The notes under the pieces were generated by a model, which was given only the letters and a program-made list of their open reading frames with translations, had not been told where the DNA came from and searched no databases. The position numbers were made by a program, and so were the translations under genes. Of a stretch of 64,000 nucleotides of DNA, positions 28,405 to 41,106 are shown in pieces (the first letter of the stretch is position 1; every line of letters starts with the position of its first letter). The DNA is from Octopus vulgaris (Eukaryota): assembly GCA_951406725.2 (NCBI GenBank), contig OX597830.1, forward strand, positions 58,590,001-58,654,000, read 5' to 3'.

Positions 28405-28459
<55 letters not shown>
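28100..28459. repeat. (AAT)n array with a recurring GATAAAAATAATAGT unit
   Basis: Direct reading. Confidence 0.95.
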
Positions 28460-28461
<2 letters not shown>

Positions 28462-29012
28462 GCCCTGATGCAGTACCAGGCAGTGGCTCTCATGGCTTCT
28501 GATCTTAACTGATTGGAAGTGTTATCATGTACATTGGTTTGTCTTGGTATAAAAGATGGGCTACAGCAAATATTCTGCTCAATACCACAGACTTGCTTGT
28601 CAGTTGTTTGACCTTAACCAGTTGAGCATGTCCCTTAGTGGCTGACGATATGTGCATCTCTGATCACGAGCAGAAGCAGTGGGGGAGCATCATAGCCATG
28701 TGTTGAGAGGGATTCTTTGGGATTTGAATAATTCACCTCTGGAAACATGGGTGGTTCTTTCAACATCCTTAAACAACCCTTATTCAGGGACCTTTTGAGC
28801 GGACTACTCAACCTGAAGAAAATTCTAACTGGGCCCCACCTGCAAGGTCATGTGCTGTTTATCTTGATGAGATCACCATGTCGCGCACATATGGTTGTGA
28901 TGCATGTGCCTGGTGTACCCTTATCAGACGGGTAGTTATGATGGGTATATTGGGCTTCGTATATTTTACCCCAGTGTCATTTTGATGGCATGAACTGCTC
29001 TCTCATTCAATA
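28458..29012 (+). mobile_element. Non-coding interspersed repeat with (AAT)n tail (family D)
   Basis: Near-identical to 56296-56702, which has an internal deletion; both end in AAT arrays. Confidence 0.8.
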
Positions 29013-29059
29013 ATAATAGTAATAATAATAATAATCATAATAATAATAATAATAATAAT

Positions 29060-29290
29060 TGCAGGTAAAATGCATCTCAGTAGTTATAGATGTATTAGGA
29101 ACTACCCCTTAAGATTTGAACAGATGGATAGAGGAAATAGGTTTAAAACCCAGTTTAGTACAACTGCAGAAAACAGTGTTATTAGGGACAACTAGGGTAC
29201 TTAGGAGGGTTCTTGGCATCTAAGGTTACCCGTTGTAGCCCGATGTTAGGATCTTTTTCTTTTCCAACAGTTGTGTGTTTATGAAAATAA
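29060..29290 (+). mobile_element. R4/Dong-type LINE extreme 3' end
   Basis: Homologous to 35078-35310 (LQKTVLLGTTRVLRRVL plus UTR), between AAT tracts. Confidence 0.8.
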
Positions 29291-29299
29291 TAATAATAA

Positions 29300-29595
29300 A
29301 ATGTGAATATCTGAAAGAAACTCGACTGCTCTCACAAACAAGAATACTAAAAATGAACCCGACCGCTCTCAAAAACTAAGTAAAAAAAACCAAAAAAACT
29401 GGAAAAATAATCCTGAATCCTTGTCTGATACTGGATCGATCCCAAAATCTAATCAGTTCGTGCCAGTTACAAGGCCAAACATCCTTGAAAGTTTCATTTG
29501 AATCCATCCAGCGGTTCTTGAGATATCTTGTCCACGGACAAACAAACAAACACGACTGAAAGAATACCTCCGCCTTAGCGAAGGCGGAGGTAATA
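29300..29595 (-). mobile_element. Helentron-associated (HINE/DINE-like) non-autonomous element
   Basis: Terminal hairpin tacctccgcctt-agcg-aaggcggaggta (29565-29592) followed on the - strand by a (GTTT)n microsatellite. Confidence 0.7.
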
Positions 29596-30100
29596 ATGAC
29601 TTGAATTAGAAGAAGCTCTAATAATGTAAACATTATTGATGCCACAGACTTAACGTTCCGTATTTACTTGATGTTTTTTGCCGCAGCCTGAAAGCGTTTA
29701 AACAAAACACGGTATGTCACATTGATAATGTCTGTTTCAGTTTGTTTCAAAGCTTCGTTAATTCTAACATTTCCCACTTTTACGTTTCACTTTTATTTAA
29801 GCTTATTTATTCCATCCAGTTGTTCATCTTTAACAATTCAAATAAAACATTAACCTTGTTTACCTTATCTGCTAATGCCAGTCTTCTGATAAATTTTCAT
29901 GGGCTACAGACACACCTGTTACAGATATTTGTGATAACAAATAATGTTAATCTCAACCTGTGCACTAATTGACAAAGAAGAGTATTTAAGGAATCTGTTA
30001 CCAATTCGTGATAAAGGGAACCTACTTAAGATTAATATTCCAGTAGGAATATCTATGATATCCAATTAGATCTCTAGAAAGTCTTCAGTCGGTTACTTAC

Positions 30101-30255
30101 CGGACATATTCCTCTGTCTCGTTCAAAATACCCAGCACATATTTTCGTTGACGTGTTCCCACTACATAGTTCTTTAAATGTCTTGGAGCATTTGCTCAAT
30201 GAAAGAATTGGTAAAATAACTTCATAAAGCTCATTTTGTGTTGGTTGCTTTGTAC
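30101..30255 (-). CDS. S1 serine protease exon
   Basis: ttttag acceptor, gtaagt donor, 155 nt, phase 1 to 0: GTKQPTQNELYEVILPILSLSKCSKTFKELCSGNTSTKICAGYFERDRGICP. Confidence 0.95.
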
Positions 30256-30399
30256 CTAAAATATATAGGAAAATAATGGATTGTTGATTCATAAAGTATA
30301 AAATTGTTTTCTGTAACCCATTAAAATATATTTAAAAGTGTACTACGCAGCCAGTGCCGTGATTCGACCAGTGAATCTGCCACATAGGTGGCATAACAT

Positions 30400-31021
30400 A
30401 TCTTTATAATTGTCACACTGCCATCTACGCATGCGTGTTTATAGTTGGTACTCTTGTGGTAATATGATCGAAGTTTGAGCCTGATCGTTCCATTTTTCTT
30501 TCTGGCTTTACAGCGTAAGCATGACCGCTCCATTGGCACCAATGTGTACCAAAGAAGAACAAAGAGCAGCGATCCGAGAGATGGTCATGGGGAACCAGTT
30601 CACCATTACCATCTCTCGAGCTTGTTGAATCTTCTCGTCAGTGGGGGAGGTTGGCGGGCGTCCTGCTCTCTCTTCGTATGTCACACCTGTCTGGCCACTT
30701 TTAAACTTCTCGATCCCCTCATACACACGGTAATACACTGTCCCTATATTGTGCTAAAATCCTCCGATGAATTTCAGCACCTGACACACCATTCGACAAA
30801 AGAAATCGGATCACTGTTTTTTGTCCTTCTTTAGTGCAAATTGCTTGAGGAGTGGCCAAGCTTACTCTGTAGAGCCAGAAAGAAAAATGGCGCGATCAGG
30901 CTCAAACTTTGATCATGTGACCACAACAGTTCTAACTGTAAACATGCATGCGCAGAAGGCAGTGTGCCAATAATGAAGGCAAGTTATGGTGAAAGTGCGG
31001 ATAATTTTTGACTTTCCCTCG
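30400..31021 (-). mobile_element. Non-autonomous mariner derivative with a duplicated, inverted left end
   Basis: Minus-strand peptide VYEGIEKFKSGQTGVTYEERAGRPPTS (mariner HTH/GRP motif); about 100-bp inverted repeat 30411-30513 / 30867-30970; end gagggaaagtcaaaaattatccgc next to TA. Confidence 0.75.
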
Positions 31022-31249
31022 TACATTCGGTATTGTTTTATTAATCCACGTTCCACCAATTCTCTATAGACTGATATGAAGATCAGGGGTCTTTGCTAGA
31101 CGTCAGTAGGGATAATTTATGTTGATGGATGTATCTGATCTCGATAGTTTAAGCTATTGACTATTTATTGCAGTAATACGAGAGATATTTTCAAAAGCCC
31201 TAATGTTATAAAGACAATAAATGTACGAAGGAATTGTTTGAAGTAAAGA

Positions 31250-32470
31250 AGATCGGAGAAGTTTGATGTGAAACAAAGAATATGAGAATAACAAGTGAAA
31301 TGGTGACCGAGCAGAAAATGAAGTTCCCAAACTGGTAATGCCCAGACCAGAGGAGGCGGGGAGTACAAGGATATTGGATGGAAAATTTCCCAGCATTACA
31401 CAAAACAACTGCGCAAATGGATAAAATGATCGACAACGGGTTGGAAATCCCAGAGTGGATGACCACAGGTAAAATGGTTCTTTGCCAAAACGATCACAGC
31501 AAATGTAATATAGTGAATAATTACTAGCCTATCTCCTACCTACCCTTGATGTGAAAGTTGATGACAGGAATAATATCTAATTATGTGCATAACTTCCTGG
31601 AAATGAACGACAAACTGCCAGTGGAACAGAAGGGATGCAAGAGAAAAAGCCGAGGGACGAAAGATCAACTTCTGACGGACAGAATGGTACTGGAGGACTG
31701 AAAGAAGAGACTTGCTAATCTGGGTATGATGAGAATCGATTATAAGAAAGCTTATGACATGATCCCCTATTCCTGGATTACAGATAGTCTTGAGTTGATA
31801 CAGGTGTTTGATAACATCTTAAATTTTATCAGGAGATCAATGAAAAACTGGAATACAGAATTAACGTCATGTGGAAAAGTTTTGGCGAGGGTTAACATTA
31901 AAAGAGGCGTATTTCAAGGAGATAACATATCACAATAGCTGTTTGTGATTTGTCTGATACCCTTCACACAGATATGGGAAGTGACATCGGGGTACACCTT
32001 GAAAAGTGGAGAAAAATTGAATCAACTGTTATATATGGATGACTTAAAGATATTCGGGAAGACCGAACGTGAAATAAATGGTCTGATCTCAAAGTGCAGA
32101 TATTCAGTAAGGATATTGGGATGGTATTTGGAACTAAAAAGTGTGATATGTTTATAATACAAAGCTGTAAAATATAATGATAATAGAGTTAGCCAATATC
32201 TACATTGGATAATATGTCGACATAAAATCAAAACTGCTGACAAATGGTACAAGCACCACATTGAGGCTGTAACTGAGGGAGAAAATGTAAAGATTCTTTA
32301 GGACTTTCCAGTACATACAAACCAGACCACCAAAGCTAATAAATCAGATACTGTTGCGAAATACCAAAACAATGAAGTCTGTTTATTGATATGAGTGTAC
32401 CTTGTGACCATAATATCTCGTGAAAAGAATTTGATAAGCTCAGAAAATATAAAGATTTGGAATGATAAAA
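31250..32470 (+). mobile_element. R4/Dong-type (RLE) LINE fragment, RT domain
   Basis: IDYKKAYDMIP, RGVFQGD and LLYMDDLKIF motifs; then jumps to an RLE-like region; stops and frameshifts. Confidence 0.85.
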
Positions 32471-32820
32471 AAAGAACTGAAAATTATTTGAGAATGATCT
32501 CTGGCTTACCATCCACGCAGGAAGTGCAAAAGATTGTCTTAACTGGTAACTAGTCACGCATATTGAGAAGAGCATTATCTCGCAGGGAATTTTCTTACCA
32601 TTTTCCACTTTTATTTTCTTTGTTTTCTTTTTAATTTTTCTTTTTTCTCCCTTCATTTTCCTCTCTATCTTTCTTCCTCTTTTTTTCTGTCACCTGACTA
32701 CGTAAGTGAACAATCTGATGCGTTTATTTTAAAGGTTTACCAATATATACAATGAGTTTATTTGCCCTAGATGTCGGGAAGACACTCAGCAAGAAATGGA
32801 AACAAAATTGAAAGAAGAGG

Positions 32821-32866
<46 letters not shown>

Positions 32867-32905
32867 TAATAATAATAATAATAAAAATAAAAATAATAAT
32901 GATAA

Positions 32906-33445
32906 TAATACAGCAGAAAGTGGTAAGTGCAGAATCTGTGGACAAAACGGTGAAACCGTATGGCATATTACCAGCCAATGTACACCACTAACCCAGAAGG
33001 AATATAAAAGACGCCGCGACAATATAGCCAGGTTTGTCAATTGGACACTTTGTAACAAATATGGACTTGACAGAGCAAAAAATTGGTACGACCACAAAAT
33101 AGAAATGCAAAGATCCTATGGTATTTTATGATTCAGTGCGACCATGAGATAGAGAATAGGAAGCCAGACATAGTCTTAATTGAGAAAGAAAACAAACTAT
33201 GCTGGATCATAGATATAGCATGCCCAGCTGACAACAAGGTATGCGATAAGGAAGAAAGAAAAGTCGAGAGATATGACAAGTTAGCTTGGGAAGTTAAGAA
33301 GTTGAGGTCGATGAAAAAGGTAGCAGTAGTACCAATAATTGTCGGAGCCCTGGGAACAGTGAACAAAAATCTCGAGAAGTACGTGGAACAAATAGGAGCT
33401 GCAATAAGGGTGGAGCACTTGCAGAAAACAGCACTGCAGCATTAG
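32906..33445 (+). mobile_element. R4/Dong-type LINE 3' fragment (CCHC plus RLE)
   Basis: CRICGQNGETVWHITSQC, RKPDIVLI, IIDIACP, KVERYDKL, VPIIVGALG; flanked by (AAT)n and (AAC)n. Confidence 0.88.
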
Positions 33446-33463
33446 AAGCTGTGCAAAGGCAAT

Positions 33464-33550
<87 letters not shown>

Positions 33551-33551
33551 T

Positions 33552-33670
33552 AGATTTCTGCTCAGGTGACAAGATATCAGATTTCTACTCAGGTGACCTG
33601 GAAAGTAGATCTCTACTCAGGTGACCTGGAAAATAGATCTCTACTCAGGTGACAGGAAAGCTGATCTCTG
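33552..33670. repeat. About 26-28-bp tandem repeat (gatctctactcaggtgac...) at a LINE junction
   Basis: Four imperfect copies. Confidence 0.8.
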
Positions 33671-33674
33671 TTAC

Positions 33675-35310
33675 AGACTTCGGGAAAGTTAATATCAAGA
33701 AAGGAATTTTCCAAGGAGATTAGTTATCCCCTTTAATATTTGTCTTATGTTTGATCCCTCTCAGTTTAGTATTAAGGGAGGCACAGATAGGCTATCAGTT
33801 CAGAAATAGTAAGGGGAAAATTAACCATTTGCTCTACATAGATGATCTGAAGCTTTTTAGTAAGAATGAGAAAGAGATAGATTCCTTAATACAGACTGTA
33901 AGATTCTTCAGCAAAGATATAGGCATGGAATTTGGCAGAAATAAGTGTACAATAGTAGTCAATAGTGAAGGCATCCAATTATCAGATGGCCAGACATTAA
34001 AATCGTTAAAAGAAGGAGAGAGCTATAAGTATCTAGGAGTATTAGAATCTAAGAGTACTGACTACAGAAATGAAAATGAAAATTGAGAAGCAGTACATAA
34101 GAAGGGTGAGGAAGCTAATGAAGTCAAAGCTAAATGGTCCGAATCTAGTGAAGGCTGTAGTTATTTGGACAGTATCATTACTTAGATACTCAGTAGCTTT
34201 TGTAGATTGGAAAAAAAACTGAATTAGCAAAGCTAGACAGGACCAAGAAAGAATTCAATATGAATGGAGGATTCCACCTAAGGGCAGGAGTAGCAAGATT
34301 ATAGTTATATAGAAGGAAAGGTGGAAGAGGGCTAATATCAGTAGAAGACTGCGTGGATTTAGCTAGAGTAGATTTAGACTCCTATATTGGTAATAGCGAA
34401 GAAATATTATTAAGAGCTGCGAGACATGGGAAACCAAAAAACTAAACGAAATTATAAACCAGAAAAAAGAGAAGTTAAGACTGGCAGGAGAAGGCGTTGC
34501 ATGGTAGATTCCTAAAGATAGTCGCAGCAAATTGTAGTTGTGAGACATTGTTATGGTTGCAGAAAGGAAAGCTGAAAAGGGAGACAGAAGTTTGTTAGTA
34601 GCAGCATAAGATCAAGCATTAAGGACTAATTGGATAAAAGCTAAGATAGACAAAAACCAAGTATGTTCCTTATGTAGGTTATGCAAATCAAAAGAGGAAC
34701 GTGTTACTCATATAGTAAGTGAATATGGCATGCTGGCACAGAAAGAATATGAAAAAAGACATGACAACCTAGGGAGAGTAATCCGCTGGGAATTATGTAG
34801 AAAGATAGGATTTGACCATACTGATAAATTGTATGAACATGAACCTAGTAAAGAACTAGAAAGTAAAAAATATTAGATGTTGTGGGACTTTAACATCCGA
34901 CTGTCAGAGTAATAGAAGCTAGAGGGCCTGATTTAGTAGTAGTAAATAAAGAGAATAGAAAATGCCAGATAATTGCCTTGACAGTCCCAAATGATGAAAA
35001 AAATCAATTTGAGAGGTATAGAAAAATAGCAAAGTACCAGGACTTAGCCACTGAATTACAGAGACTATGGAAAGCGCAGGTAAAATGTATCCCAGTAGCT
35101 ATAGGTGTATTAGGAACTATCTCTAAAGATTTGAACAGATGGAAAAGGGGGAAATAGGCATAAAACTCAGTTTAGAACAGCCGCCGAGAACAGTGTTATT
35201 AGGGGACAGCTAGGATACTTAGGAGGGTTCTTGGTATCTAAGGTTACTTGTTGTAATCCGATGTTAGGAATTTTTCTTTTCCAACAGTCTAATCTTTTGT
35301 GTGTATATGA
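33675..35310 (+). mobile_element. R4/Dong-type LINE, 5'-truncated (RT to 3' UTR)
   Basis: KGIFQGD, HLLYIDDLKLF, YKYLGV, GGRGL, CRLC, a PD-type endonuclease region and an (AAT)n tail. Confidence 0.88.
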
Positions 35311-35369
35311 ATAATAATAATAATAATAATAATAACAACAACAACAACAACAATAATAATAATAATAAT

Positions 35370-36175
35370 AAAGACAAGAAATAAACAAAGCAAAATCCCA
35401 ACAATGGTTGAGAAACTCAGGACTCAAAGCAGAGACTGACAGATTTTAATTGCATTACAAGACCAAAGCCTCCCCACCAGAAATTACAAAAAAAAAAAAC
35501 ATATAATAAAAAGAAACGTAACGAGTAACTGCAGGATCTGTGGAGATGGACAAGAAACAATCCACTATATTGTCTCTGGCTTCCCAGTCCAGGCTAAGAA
35601 GAAATATATTCACAGACACGATTGAGTTGAGACCTATATACACTGGAAGCTATGCCGACACTATGGAACAACAGCGGAAGAAAGATGGTATAGATACGTG
35701 CCAGAAAAGGTCACAGAAAGTGAGAAAGCCGCCATACTCTGGGATATACCAATGCACACAGATAGAAAAATCAAGGCTAATAGGCTGGATATAGTTGTCA
35801 AGAAAAAAAAAAGTGCTTTCTAATCGATGTATCAATACCAACAGATGACAATGTTTCTCGGAGAAATTTACAAAATACAAAGATTTGGAAATAGAGATAA
35901 CTCGAATATGTAGCCTAAAGACAGAAACAATTCCTATCATAAGAGGCGCATTAGGTTTGATAAAAAAATATTCATACAAATACATAAGAAAAACATCAGG
36001 ACTTACAAGTATATATAACATACTGAAAATAACACAGCTAGGCACCGCACACATCCTACGCAAAACACTTCCAATACAGTAAAAATAAGCGCCACAAACC
36101 ACAGCACATGCCCAAGGCACACGGAGCTGCGCTCGGTAGTGCAGTGAAAGCGCGTTATAAAAATAAGACTACTGA
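35370..36175 (+). mobile_element. R4/Dong-type LINE 3' fragment (same family as 43683-45082)
   Basis: WLRNSGLKAET, CRICGDGQET, IPIIRGALG, GTAHILRK, shared 3' UTR and AAT/GAT tail. Confidence 0.88.
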
Positions 36176-36717
36176 TGATGATAATAATAATAGCAATAAT
36201 AATAATGATGATGATGATGATGAGGAGGAGGAGGAGGAGGAAGAGGAGGAAACATGGTCGATAACTTAAGAATTAGTAATGTCTAAGCGTGTCAAACGGC
36301 TCCTTCAGCAATTCGTGAGAGTGTGTGTCAATGCGAGAAATAGGAATTTCTAAGCGGATTAATGCTGCGTCGAAACGGTATCAGGTCGGATTAAATGCCT
36401 CATCGTATTCAGTTTCGTCCTTCTGGTTTAAGTTACGGTCACAGTGGACCCAAACTGACCTTTAATCTCTGGGCTACAGTTTATATATATATATATAATG
36501 CATCGTGCATGCACTGAGGTAAATAATCAGGTCAATTACAACCCTTTGTCCAACTCGTGTTCGCGTCTGAAATATTTTGTTGGGGGTTTGATCCGATTAT
36601 TAACGCCCGTTGTCACGTTCGACGTTTCTTTACCCAGTTATATTTAACATCACAATCTAGAATTACTTGAAATGATGGAATACAGAGAGGTTCGCGTTAG
36701 AAATAGATTTACTTTAC

Positions 36718-36792
<75 letters not shown>

Positions 36793-37106
36793 TACAGAGT
36801 GAGAGGCTGAAAGAGGAGCACTTTTTCTTAACCCGTTTTATACTCACAAATACACACACACACACACATTGATGCAAAATGAGGTGGAAAAAAAAAAAAA
36901 CCAGTTCTCGAATACTGAACGTAGAACAAATTGCTTTCATTAAAGCTACGAAATCTTCACAACTTGTTAATCGGAGTTTTACGTTCCAGTTCGTCGGTAA
37001 CAGCTTTTGTGAAGATTTTGCAGTTTTAATAAAAGTATATATATATATATTGTTTGTTTGTTTTCCACCTGCCTTCGTCTTTTGTCTATTTTCATAAAGC
37101 TTCCCG

Positions 37107-37171
<65 letters not shown>

Positions 37172-37175
<4 letters not shown>

Positions 37176-37364
37176 ACGGGAAAGTTTACGAAAATAAACA
37201 AAAGACGAAGGCAGGTGGAGTACAAACAAACAAATGTATTAGTATAGCGCTCAGGAATAGAAATAGAAAAAGTCTTTTACGTTTCGAGCCGACGCTCTTA
37301 GACAGAAAGATATACAGAAAAAAACAAGGAGAGAAGCAAGGAGAGAAAAAAATGCGTGTAGGAG

Positions 37365-37368
<4 letters not shown>
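37172..37368 (-). mobile_element. Short TA-associated element with a minimal hammerhead-like motif (copy 3), both ends mirrored
   Basis: Motif at 37274-37309 (-); inverted copies of the ends at about 37050-37110 and 37410-37427, across (TA)n tracts. Confidence 0.7.
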
Positions 37369-37411
<43 letters not shown>

Positions 37412-37422
37412 CTCCTACACGC

Positions 37423-37498
<76 letters not shown>

Positions 37499-37571
37499 AC
37501 ATATACATACATATATGTATACATATACATACATATATATATATGTATGTATATATATATATACATCTTCT

Positions 37572-37935
37572 ACTTGTTTCAGACATTAGACTGCAGCCAT
37601 GCTGGGGAACCGTCTTGAAGAATTTTTAGTCGAATGAATCGACCCCAGTACTTATTGTTTTGTTAAACCTGGTACTTACTCTATCGGTGTCTTTTGCCGA
37701 ACCACTAAGTTACGCGGATGTAAACAAACCAACACTAATTATAAACACAGACACACTCACTCACACACATACGACGGGCTTCTTTCAGTTTCCATCCACC
37801 TGATCCACTCACAAAGCTTTGGTCGACTTGAGGCTATAGTAGAAGATACTTGCCCGAGGTGCCACTCAGTGGTACCGAACCCGGAACCGTGTGGTTGGAA
37901 AGTAAGCTTCTTACCACAGCCACGACTATGCCTGT
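37572..37935 (-). mobile_element. SINE family B
   Basis: Reverse complement of family B. Confidence 0.8.
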
Positions 37936-38215
37936 ATATATAACAGGGACAGCAATTATATATCACCCGAGGAGATACAACTGGATCCTATTATACAGGT
38001 GAAACCGTTGCTTAATTTAAATCTTGTGTATATGTGGATCTATGGTGTATCGACACAGGTGTAGTATTTATTAAATAGCTGTCTAAACCTACTCCTTCCT
38101 GCTGACTCTGTTTATTCAATTTATTCAAGTCTAGACTTGGAAGCACACTGTAATACTCCCGGCTATTTGGTAATTCTAAGGGTGAACTAGCTCTGTTTTG
38201 TACTTTAATATGTTC

Positions 38216-38271
<56 letters not shown>

Positions 38272-38276
<5 letters not shown>

Positions 38277-38493
38277 AATATTAGGGAATAAATCCAAATT
38301 TACAGGGAAAAAATCAGATTTAGGATTAAATCCAATTTTATAGTAAAATATTATATAATATTAATTAGAGACAAAACCACTATTTTGCAAAACAAACAAG
38401 GAAAAACTTAATACATAAAATTTTAATAAAAAGTAAAAAAACCGCCACTACAATTGTTTCATGTCTCCTAGTGGTTTTGTCTCTAATTAACAT

Positions 38494-38498
<5 letters not shown>
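38272..38498 (-). mobile_element. TA-embedded Penelope-type remnant with inversion and half a hammerhead
   Basis: Inverted repeat 38356-38382 / 38469-38495; - strand GAAA-CAAUUG-UA^GUGGCGG at 38442-38467. Confidence 0.5.
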
Positions 38499-38526
<28 letters not shown>

Positions 38527-39090
38527 CTGTATTTATATATATGCATGTATATATAAATAATATATATGCATATATACATACTTATATGTACATACTTACA
38601 TCTATACTTATACACACACACACACACATATATAATCTATTATCTCTTTCTCTCTCACTCTTTGTCTATCGATATACACAGGGTTGTATTAAAGTAAGTA
38701 AAAGACATGTAGATGTTTCAGAAAATAACTTGGATGTTGTTCGTGCAAACACGCTTCAGATTTGCATGTGTATCTTCAGCAAAAGCTCGTTTTAAGTCGA
38801 TGCTTCTCCAGATTAACAACTTTTATATACACAATGAATACGTGCCGATATATTGGTCACAGTTTCATACACGATTGTACTGTAGCCAATATTTTATCAC
38901 GTGTGTATCATCCTGTTGTAAACAGAATGATAGTAACAGTAACATCTTACGAGAAGTTGAAGAGAGATTCTATTCTAAAATAATTTATGAAACTTTTATG
39001 CCTTCTGGAAATTAGTTTTTAATCACATAAACACACAAAACATCAAAAAAATATATTTGTAATTTTTTAATTCGCAATTTAGAAGAAAGT

Positions 39091-39175
<85 letters not shown>

Positions 39176-39453
39176 TACACCCCACTCCCACGCAGAGTCA
39201 ACGGATGAGATCCAGAGATTCTCAGTATAAAAGTCCCATGTCTTTACAAGGGGTCAATTCCACGGGGTAAAGAATAGTTATAAGAGGGTTGAAGTTGAGC
39301 AGATATGAAGGCAATTCTGCGGATAAACATATGAGATATATTAAATATAACCCTCTGGGTATGAAATACAAAATATGTAATTATGTATAGAGGGAAAAGG
39401 AGAGAAAGCAAAAAGTGGAGACATTCATACGATGAATAGTTAAGCATAAATAA

Positions 39454-39670
39454 GGCGGGAGGGAGCTGGCAGAGTGGTTAGCAGGCCGGGCGAAATGTTT
39501 AGCGGCATTTCGTCTGTCTTTGCGTTCTGAGTTCAAATTTCGCCAAGGTCGACTTTGCCGTTCATCATTTCGGAGTTGATAAATTAAGTACCAGTGAAAC
39601 ACTGGGGTCGATCTAATCGACTGGCCTCCTCCCCCAGAATTTTGGGTCTTGTGCCTAGAGTAGAAAAGAA
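39454..39670 (+). mobile_element. SINE family A
   Basis: Full-length copy. Confidence 0.88.
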
Positions 39671-40156
39671 TATTTAAGTATAAATGTATCGATACTTCTA
39701 TTAACAGATCCAACTTACACAGAGTACAAACGAGAGAGAAAATGAAAGGTGAAGAAGAAAGATGTCATAAGTCCGACAGCTGTTTCTGGGGACTCGAGAT
39801 CCATCATAATGTTTGTAGATGTTGTTCACAACATTATGTGACCGAGTTGGAAGCAATTAATATTGATAGATCGAGCCTCCGTCATCGGGGTAGGAAAGAT
39901 CACAATGGAATGCAAGATCTTTTCTGAGTTTCCAGTTTTTGCCTTCTCTCGTTTCCCTCAATACATAATTACATATTTTGTATTTCGTTAGATTTGACCT
40001 GTGAAAACTAATAAAAGAAAAAAATACAATTATAAATGATATCGTTTGTCCTACGATCTTGGTAATGTTTTTTTCTCCCGGAAGTGTGTGGTTATTAATC
40101 AAACAATTGAAGTTACTATATGCAAATTAGTTGACAGATAGAAACTAATTACTTAC

Positions 40157-40306
40157 CATATTTAGCACACCCCCATCCCATAGCCATGCACATGTCTCCT
40201 ATTTTCGGAATATTTGGTGGACCAATAGTAATCGGTTGAAAATCTTTGCTTGGTACTGGATTGGACATTTTCAATAATGCAATATCATTGTTTTTCTTAT
40301 GTAGGT
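40157..40306 (-). CDS. S1 serine protease exon with catalytic Asp
   Basis: tttttcag acceptor, gtaagt donor, 150 nt, phase 1 to 1: DLHKKNNDIALLKMSNPVPSKDFQPITIGPPNIPKIGDMCMAMGWGCAKY. Confidence 0.96.
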
Positions 40307-40449
40307 CTGAAAAACAATATTTTGGTCATTTAGAACAGTTATATTAACAATTTATGACAACGGTCGCCATTATTATTCTCCCCCCCCCACCACAAAAAAC
40401 AAACAAACAAAAAACGAGTGTATAAGAATTGCGTGATAAATGATTAAAT

Positions 40450-40658
40450 TGGTTTCGAATTTCGGCACAAGGCCAGTAGGTTTGAAGGGGGGGGGGGCTA
40501 AGTCGATTACAGCTGGTCTAGCTGGTACTTATTTTATCGACCCGAAACGGACGAAAGGCAAAGTTGACCTTGGCGGAATTTGAACTCAGAACGTAAGGTC
40601 GGACGAAACGCCTATAAGCATTTTGTCCGGAGTGCTAACAGTTCTGCCCGTCGCCTTA
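40450..40658 (-). mobile_element. SINE family A
   Basis: Reverse-complement copy. Confidence 0.8.
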
Positions 40659-40976
40659 CAGGTAAATGATTATATTGAATATAATTAGCATTATGAAGTT
40701 AGAAATCATGGCCGATGGAGTGGCAAAAACGATCGGGTGCCACGGACAATGCCTGGCAATTTTTAGTTTAATCGATAAAATAATCATTAGAATAATGGAT
40801 TTACAGAACTGATCCAGCGGTAAGCCACAGATCTTACGTTATTATTTAGTTATGTTACTCTATGACGAATTCAAATCCTGCGGGGGGGGGGGGAGTGTTT
40901 GTCTTTAATCTGTCTGAGATTTAATTATTGAGGAGTTTAATGAGACGCATTCACTCGACAATATTGTTGCTTTGTA

Positions 40977-41106
40977 TTCCGCCGAGGTCGACTTTGCCTT
41001 TCATCATTTCGGGGTCGATAAATTCAGTACCAGTTGCTTACTGTGGTCGATCTAATCGACTGGCCCCCTACCCGAAATTTCGGGCCATGTGCCTAGAGTA
41101 GAAAAG
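40977..41106 (+). mobile_element. SINE family A, 5'-truncated, with TSD
   Basis: TSD aatattgttgctttgta at 40960-40976 / 41107-41123. Confidence 0.88.

Noticed and set aside
28065-28512. Poly-N and poly-I ORFs
   Set aside because: (AAT)n array inside a protease intron.
33552-33670. CRISPR-like regular repeats
   Set aside because: Simple tandem duplication without unique spacers, no cas genes, eukaryotic context.
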